From the sequence record NC_023586.1: 8,460 bases of DNA. The stretch is one strand, 5' to 3'. Source of the DNA: Ralstonia phage 1 NP-2014. A program made the translations under genes and the position numbers. The notes below the pieces were generated by a model, which saw only the letters and a program-made list of their open reading frames with translations, was not told the origin of the DNA and did not search any database. Below are positions 4,524 through 8,460 of this stretch, piece by piece. Positions within the stretch are counted from its first letter, which is position 1, and each line of letters opens with the position of its first letter.

Positions 4524-4654
4524 TGTACCGGCCCGCGTTTGCCCCCCTGGCCCTCGCGGGCCTTTTCTTTTTGAGCGCGTGTGGTACGCCGCTCGACCCC
4601 TATTACGAGATGCTCTATGTCTGCCCTGCTGCTGAGTTCTACTGCGCGCGCTGA
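4523..4654 (+). CDS. Questionable 43-aa lipoprotein-like ORF
   Basis: The ATG overlaps the coat stop (TGATG). Translation: MYRPAFAPLALAGLFFLSACGTPLDPYYEMLYVCPAAEFYCAR*. It has an SPII-like signal and an LSAC lipobox. However, the hydrophobic part is encoded by the terminator hairpin and T-run, so the signal-like sequence may be a by-product. Confidence 0.25.
   Translation: MYRPAFAPLALAGLFFLSACGTPLDPYYEMLYVCPAAEFYCAR
4530..4572 (+). terminator. Rho-independent terminator downstream of the major coat gene
   Basis: GGCCCGCG (4530-4537) pairs with CGCGGGCC (4555-4562). An alternative tighter hairpin is GGCCC-TCGC-GGGCC at 4549-4562. Either is followed directly by TTTTCTTTTT (4563-4572). Confidence 0.7.
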
Positions 4655-6137
4655 ACGCGTGCGGCGTGTGTGGCTCGATTTGCTTGTCGGGCCTATGGCG
4701 CTTGTGATTGTTCTGTTGTGCTCGCTCTTGGTGCCCGTGCGTGGTTATGCGCAAAACATGACGCTTGGGCAGTTGATCCCTGATCTCATTCGCAACACCT
4801 CTCAAACGGTGTCGGCTTCGTCTGCGGGATTGCAGGTTGCGGAGGCGGGTAGCGTTGGCATTCGATCTGGGTCGAGTTTGATTGGCTCGGTGGCGATTAA
4901 TGAGTTGCGGTCGATCCCTTTGGGTGCGATTGCCGGTCGGGCTGTTACGTCATCGGCGCCCGTTATTTTGGCGATGCTGGCTGTTGATCTGATCAAGTAC
5001 GGCATTACGCAATGTGCGAGCAGTCCTAACGGATGGTGCAAGCCTGGTCCTACGAACCCGAGTTCGTCGGATAGCGGGTTCAATGGGTTTCAGTGGAGGA
5101 GTGCCAATGCTTATGGTGACTCTCCTGTTGCTGCGTGTACTGCGTATGTGTCCGGTGCGTATCCCGGCATGGTGATTGATGGGTATGACGCTGCTAGTGG
5201 CGTGTGTCACGGTCATTTTCCGAGTGATCCGCGGCAATGCGGCGGGGTGTGCAATATCGTTGTGCAGCAGGTGGGGACGTGCGTCACTGGCTATGTTGCT
5301 AGCGGCAACGCGTGTGTTGTCGATCCAAGCGCGCATGTTCAGCCGGTTCCGATCACCTATCCTGAGCTGTCCCCGAAGCTTGCTGACGCTTTGAGTGGCA
5401 ATCCGCAGCGCGCAAAGGACTATTGGGGCTTCATGCCTTGGACGGATCAGCTTGCCGCGCTTGGTGATCCTTCCACGCAGGCGTTGCCCGCGCAGATCGT
5501 GAATCCTGCTGATGGTAGGGTGACTGGCCCGAGCACGACGACGCAGGGGCCAAACGGAACGACTACGCAGCGGCGCAGTTGTACTGTTTCACCGAATAGC
5601 GATTCGTCGTCGCTTGCAAATAAGCCGGTGTCGGTCGTGTGCACGGTGACCACAACGAACCCAGACGGCACGACGTCGACCACGACCACAACGACGACGC
5701 CCACAACGGGTGATGGATCGAATCCCCAGCCCGCTTCGTCCCCGGCTGCTGTGCCTGCGTCCTCGCCGATCCCCTGTGGTCTCGGTACCAACGGCAGCCC
5801 CAAATGTCTGATTGATGAGACTGGTACGCCGACCAAGGCGGACGGTGCGACTGCGATGGCTCAGCCGGGAACGGATTTGCAGTCCGCTGAGCAAGCGGCA
5901 GAGACGCAGTTGCAGACGGTCAATAACAGTCGGTCATGGACGCTGACCATGCCGCATATCTTGCCGGGCGGGACGTGTCAGCAGATTGAATGGTTTTCGT
6001 GGGGCACGTGGCGTGGTTCGTGGGACGTGTGCACGCAGCTTCAATACGTGCGCGATTTGTTGGCGTGGCTCTGGCCGGTGCTCTCTGCTGTCTACGTCTG
6101 GAATAAAGCTGCTGGCGCGAATGCTGGTGCTGTGTAA
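4617..6137 (+). CDS. Adsorption / minor coat protein (gpIII-like)
   Basis: Large ORF directly after the coat gene. It has an N-terminal signal-like region (...MALVIVLLCSLLVPVRGYA/QN) and a Cys-rich N-domain. Thr/Pro/Ser-rich linkers (TVTTTNPDGTTSTTTTTTTPTTGDGSNPQPASSPAAVPASSP) stand in for the Gly-rich linkers of Ff g3p. The C-terminal domain ends in a hydrophobic anchor (LLAWLWPVLSAVYVW). The start is uncertain: GTG 4581, ATG 4617, GTG 4659 and ATG 4695 are all in frame and none has a strong SD. Confidence 0.75.
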   Translation: MSALLLSSTARAERVRRVWLDLLVGPMALVIVLLCSLLVPVRGYAQNMTLGQLIPDLIRNTSQTVSASSAGLQVAEAGSVGIRSGSSLIGSVAINELRSIPLGAIAGRAVTSSAPVILAMLAVDLIKYGITQCASSPNGWCKPGPTNPSSSDSGFNGFQWRSANAYGDSPVAACTAYVSGAYPGMVIDGYDAASGVCHGHFPSDPRQCGGVCNIVVQQVGTCVTGYVASGNACVVDPSAHVQPVPITYPELSPKLADALSGNPQRAKDYWGFMPWTDQLAALGDPSTQALPAQIVNPADGRVTGPSTTTQGPNGTTTQRRSCTVSPNSDSSSLANKPVSVVCTVTTTNPDGTTSTTTTTTTPTTGDGSNPQPASSPAAVPASSPIPCGLGTNGSPKCLIDETGTPTKADGATAMAQPGTDLQSAEQAAETQLQTVNNSRSWTLTMPHILPGGTCQQIEWFSWGTWRGSWDVCTQLQYVRDLLAWLWPVLSAVYVWNKAAGANAGAV

Positions 6138-6149
6138 CTGGAGACGATC

Positions 6150-6479
6150 ATGCCTTTGCTTGCATCCTTGATGGTCGGGCTGTTCGGGTCGATGGCTGGA
6201 TTTTTTGCAAAGTGGTTTACGCAGAAGGTGGCGTTTGCGATGGCTGCCGTTGCTGCCTTTGGCACGCTCACCACTGGCATGCTTGCCGCGCAGGCGCTGG
6301 TGCTGAATGGGTTGATCGGCGCGATGCCTTCATACCTTGCTGTTCCGCTCGGTGACGCAATGTGGCTCGTTGCTGCGGATAGTCTGAATGCGGCGTTGGA
6401 CGTGGCCTTTGCAGCCGATGCAGCGATCTTTTTGTATCGCTGGGGTGTGGGCAACATCAAGATTGTTGCGGCGGCCTGA
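6150..6479 (+). CDS. Minor coat / membrane protein (gpVI-like)
   Basis: 109-aa ORF with GGAGA 5 nt before the ATG. It is very hydrophobic with multiple TM-like segments. It sits between the pIII-like and Zot-like genes, as in other inoviruses. Confidence 0.65.
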   Translation: MPLLASLMVGLFGSMAGFFAKWFTQKVAFAMAAVAAFGTLTTGMLAAQALVLNGLIGAMPSYLAVPLGDAMWLVAADSLNAALDVAFAADAAIFLYRWGVGNIKIVAAA

Positions 6480-6480
6480 T

Positions 6481-7311
6481 ATGCCGATCTACATCATCAC
6501 GGGGCGCCTTGGTTCGGGTAAGAGCCTTGCAACGGTGGGCCGCATTCGGGATTTGTTGGCCGAAGGTCGTGCGGTGGCCACAAATCTTGATCTCGATTTG
6601 GAAAAGCTCTGCGGGCCGAAGGCGAAAACGCCGCGTGTGGTGCGCTTGCCAGACAAGCCCACCGTTGCTCATCTTGACAGTCTTGGGCGTGGCAATGAGA
6701 GCTATGACGAAACGAAAAACGGTGGCATCTTTCTCGATGAGGTGTCGCAACTGCTCAACGCGCGGAACTGGCAGGACAAGCGTCAGCAGGACGTGATCGA
6801 TTGGTTGGTGCACAGTCGGAAAAAAGGTTGGGACGTCTATTTCATCTGCCAGCACATCAGCCAAGTAGACCGCCAGGTGCGTGACGCGCTGGTTGAATAT
6901 CTGGTCGAGTGCCGGCGCTTTGACCGCCTGAAGATTCCATTTCTGTCGAGCGCTGTGGATACGTTCACGCTCGGCAAGGTCAAGCTCAAGCTACCGCGTA
7001 TGCACGTCGCAAAGGTGCTTTACGGCACCGAGTACAACGCGATGGTGGCTGACCGTTGGTGGTATCGCGGGGAAGACTTGTATGCCGCCTATGACACACG
7101 GCAGGTGTTTAGGGAAGACGCATCACAGGCGCCGTACAGCTACCTGCCGGGCTGGTACACGCATGGCCGGCTGCAACCGCAGAAGGTGCGTGGCATAGAA
7201 GCGAAACTGGACGAACGACGCAAGATTCTGAAGCTGCGCGAAGCCGGGATCATCACGCAAGAGCAGTGGCGCGAGTGGTCTAACTTTATTTCTCGATGCC
7301 CCTCATGGTGA
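6481..7311 (+). CDS. zot: Zot-like / gpI-like phage assembly NTPase
   Basis: ATG 6481 lies 1 nt after the pVI-like stop. The N-terminus MPIYIITGRLGSGKS is the typical Zot-family Walker A, and the Walker B-like motif is GGIFLDEV. The protein is 276 aa. No hydrophobic transmembrane segment is visible anywhere in the translation. The longer track ORF from 6388 merely overlaps the previous gene. Confidence 0.92.
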   Translation: MPIYIITGRLGSGKSLATVGRIRDLLAEGRAVATNLDLDLEKLCGPKAKTPRVVRLPDKPTVAHLDSLGRGNESYDETKNGGIFLDEVSQLLNARNWQDKRQQDVIDWLVHSRKKGWDVYFICQHISQVDRQVRDALVEYLVECRRFDRLKIPFLSSAVDTFTLGKVKLKLPRMHVAKVLYGTEYNAMVADRWWYRGEDLYAAYDTRQVFREDASQAPYSYLPGWYTHGRLQPQKVRGIEAKLDERRKILKLREAGIITQEQWREWSNFISRCPSW

Positions 7312-7322
7312 GGGGCTTTTTC
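7299..7322 (+). terminator. Rho-independent terminator overlapping the zot stop codon
   Basis: CCCCTCA (7299-7305) pairs with TGAGGGG (7309-7315) around a 3-nt loop, followed by CTTTTTC. The stem is short, so this is probably a partial terminator. Confidence 0.55.
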
Positions 7323-7333
7323 TGGAGGTGGGT

Positions 7334-7618
7334 ATGCAACAAGAAACGGAAGCTGAATTTCTGAAGCGTATGGATGCGGCCTGTGCGATTGACCCGGCTA
7401 AGCACTACACGACATTTCAGTTCAACGATCACGATCAGGCTGCGCTGTTAGCGTTTCTGCGCAAGTTGTATTTGGATAATGGCCCGTGCGGGCAGTTGGC
7501 CAAGGTTGCGCTCAATTTGCACGCGGTTGTCGCGAGGCAGGCCACGATTGTTGTGTACGACGAAGGCTTGCAGGCGAACTTGGATGAGTACGTGCGTGTG
7601 TTGGACAGCACGGGTTGA
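7334..7618 (+). CDS. Hypothetical acidic soluble protein (94 aa)
   Basis: GGAGG lies 5 nt before ATG 7334; the track start, GTG 7328, sits inside the SD. Codon third positions match the other plus-strand genes. It has no TM segment and no motif I recognise. It occupies the post-zot cargo position. Confidence 0.6.
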   Translation: MQQETEAEFLKRMDAACAIDPAKHYTTFQFNDHDQAALLAFLRKLYLDNGPCGQLAKVALNLHAVVARQATIVVYDEGLQANLDEYVRVLDSTG

Positions 7619-7639
7619 CAGCGTGGCAAGGCGTAGGGG

Positions 7640-7927
7640 CTACCGCTTTACCATTCGCAGTAGCCCTTGCAGCAGATGGCCGTCGTAGTCGTACACGCGA
7701 GCGACAAGTTGACGGAAGGTGCGGCATACGAATTGTTTGCCGTCCGGGCGGGTCCAGATGAAGTGCGACGCGGCGCGGATGAGGCGGCGGATCGGCAGGT
7801 GCAGCGTGAGTTGTTGCCATGGGCGGTATGGAAGCTTGCCGCGCTGGATGGTGCGGCGGCGCGGCAGCGCGAACCACAAAGGCATTGTGCAAAGACCGCC
7901 GATCAGGTTGAAAGAAAGCTGTTCCAT
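7640..7927 (-). CDS. Hypothetical basic protein (95 aa) with a hydrophobic N-terminus
   Basis: ATG at 7927-7925 with GAGAGG 7 nt upstream on the minus strand. The longer 124-aa version would need a GTG start inside the intergenic hairpin. Codon third positions are strongly C-ending and coding-like (CGC, CTG, ATC, TTC, GAC). Translation: MEQLSFNLIGGLCTMPLWFALPRRRTIQRGK..., a hydrophobic segment followed by an Arg-rich region. It is convergent with 7334..7618. Confidence 0.65.
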   Translation of the reverse strand: MEQLSFNLIGGLCTMPLWFALPRRRTIQRGKLPYRPWQQLTLHLPIRRLIRAASHFIWTRPDGKQFVCRTFRQLVARVYDYDGHLLQGLLRMVKR

Positions 7928-8006
7928 GGTTTCGCCTCTCAAGGTTACCGGGCCGCTAGATTCTGAGTCCCGGCGTCTTTCTCTCGGTGAGCCTGCCGGG
8001 GCTGCT

Positions 8007-8203
8007 GTTGTCACCGTTCCGCTGAGTTCGTCGTCCCGGGAACATGGATAGCGGCGTCGCTGCGGGACGTGGAATAAATGGAGGGGACCCGGTTCCCCGG
8101 CTGTATCGGGGAATTGGGGAGCGGGCCGTTTATGCCGCGAAAGCCCGCAGCGATGACGCTATGTTCCCGAGAGGGACGGCGAACTCAGCGGAACGGTGAC
8201 AAC
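8007..8203 (+). other. Large imperfect hairpin in the intergenic region; candidate packaging signal and/or complementary-strand origin
   Basis: 8007-8045 pairs with 8161-8203. That gives 24 perfect bp (8007-8030 with 8180-8203), then a T-G, 6 bp, a 4-nt bulge (8169-8172) and 8 bp. The stem continues inward with TCGCTGCGGG (8057-8066) pairing with CCCGCAGCGA (8144-8153). The apex carries GGGGA/TCCCC repeats, an AT-rich GAATAAATG (8072-8080) and a GCGAAAGC mini-hairpin motif (8137-8144). No credible ORF lies in it. Confidence 0.7.
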
Positions 8204-8320
8204 CCTGGTAGGCGATCTGAGAGGCCGCGCGGCGAGCGCCACTAGGGCGAAGCCCTCTGACTGGTCTTTGAACGCCTGTAGGCCGTTCTGGCGAGGATGG
8301 GCGGGTGTGTTGGGGCGGAG

Positions 8321-8398
8321 CCCTTGCCGATGGGTGCGCAGCGCCCCGGCAAGGGCGGGCCGAAGGCCCGCCCTACTTGTAGTAATAACACTTAACGG
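8321..8398 (+). other. GC-rich hairpin pair followed by an AT-rich island; candidate plus-strand origin / Rep nick region
   Basis: CCCTTGCCG (8321-8329) pairs with CGGCAAGGG (8347-8355). GGGCGGGCC-GAA-GGCCCGCCC (8353-8373) is a perfect 9-bp stem with a GAA loop. Immediately downstream is the only AT-rich stretch of the intergenic region, CTTGTAGTAATAACACTTAAC (8376-8396), just upstream of rep if the molecule is circular. The assignment as an origin is inference only. Confidence 0.4.
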
Positions 8399-8460
8399 AA
8401 AGGAAGGACGGAAAGCCAAGCGCGCCAAGGGTTCGCGGGCCGGCCGGCCAAAGAAAAAGC

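Larger units (their letters stand above)
1..8460 (+). mobile_element. Filamentous ssDNA phage (Inoviridae) genome, apparently in circular/episomal permutation; phiRSM-like organisation
   Basis: Contains the full canonical inovirus gene set in canonical order: HUH Rep, gpV-like SSB, tiny hydrophobic ORFs, signal-peptide major coat protein, large pIII-like protein with a Thr/Pro linker, pVI-like protein and a Zot/pI Walker ATPase. A hairpin-rich intergenic region follows. Genes are tightly packed with ATGA/TGATG overlaps. A small serine recombinase, an adjacent tRNA-Ser-like site and a repressor are, as I recall, the hallmark of phiRSM-type phages. No host-like flanking genes are present. Confidence 0.8.

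Noticed and set aside
4017-4805. 262-aa minus-strand ORF spanning the coat gene region
   Set aside because: It is Arg/His/Gln-rich nonsense-like sequence with no start context. It lies antisense to the clearly real major coat gene, the coat-gene terminator and the pIII-like start.
5640-5770. Thr/Pro-rich tract in the pIII-like gene as a DNA-level variable repeat
   Set aside because: It is low-complexity at the protein level but uses mixed ACG/ACC/ACA/CCC codons with no exact nucleotide repeat unit. It is a linker rather than a slippage-prone tract.
8083-8124. Potential G-quadruplex (GGGG runs at 8083, 8108 and 8116; GGG at 8122)
   Set aside because: The first loop would be over 20 nt, and the runs are better explained as parts of the hairpin apex pairing with the TCCCC/CCCC runs. 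There is no independent support.
8333-8398. XerCD dif-like integration site (GGTGCGCA at 8333-8340 plus an AT-rich stretch)
   Set aside because: GGTGCGCA resembles the start of the XerC arm of dif. But the AT-rich element is ~40 nt away rather than forming a contiguous 28-bp dif-like site. The phage also encodes its own serine recombinase with a better att candidate.
8159-8428. 89-aa minus-strand ORF in the intergenic region
   Set aside because: It lies entirely within the hairpin-rich non-coding region. Its sequence is Arg/Pro/Ala-rich, it has no SD, and its 'codons' are simply the stems of the hairpins.

Overview
The whole window reads as one compact, GC-rich filamentous ssDNA phage (Inoviridae) genome. 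Its layout matches what I recall of the Ralstonia phiRSM-type phages, but I cannot run a search to confirm that.

Gene order:
- HUH rolling-circle Rep (+).
- A leftward lysogeny module: a small membrane ORF, a Hin/resolvase-type small serine recombinase, a palindromic tRNA-Ser-3'-end-like candidate attP, and an HTH repressor.
- A divergent operator region.
- A rightward module: gpV-like ssDNA-binding protein, a Cys-rich mini-protein, a run of tiny membrane ORFs, a coiled-coil protein, the major coat protein, a pIII-like adsorption protein, a pVI-like protein and a Zot/pI ATPase.
- Two convergent unknown genes in the cargo position after zot.
- A highly structured, roughly 0.5 kb non-coding intergenic region that runs off the window end and, if the molecule is circular, continues into nt 1-61.

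The candidate attP is intact and internal, and no host flanks are visible. The window therefore looks like the circular/episomal form rather than an integrated prophage.

I see no recognisable defence system, CRISPR array, or complete tRNA or rRNA gene. The least ordinary observations are:
- A 104-bp tandem duplication (103/104 identical) that frameshifts a DnaJ-type CxxCGGxG zinc-finger mini-gene.
- The 60-bp nested palindrome mimicking a tRNA-Ser 3' end beside the recombinase gene.
- A Zot-like ATPase with no transmembrane or periplasmic part.
- A leaderless coat-like paralogue sharing a 14-nt identity with the major coat gene.
- The unknown convergent gene pair after zot.
- An intergenic region with a ~200-nt hairpin and GCGAAGC/GCGAAAGC mini-hairpin motifs.

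All functional calls come from reading translations and motifs by eye. No homology search was possible.
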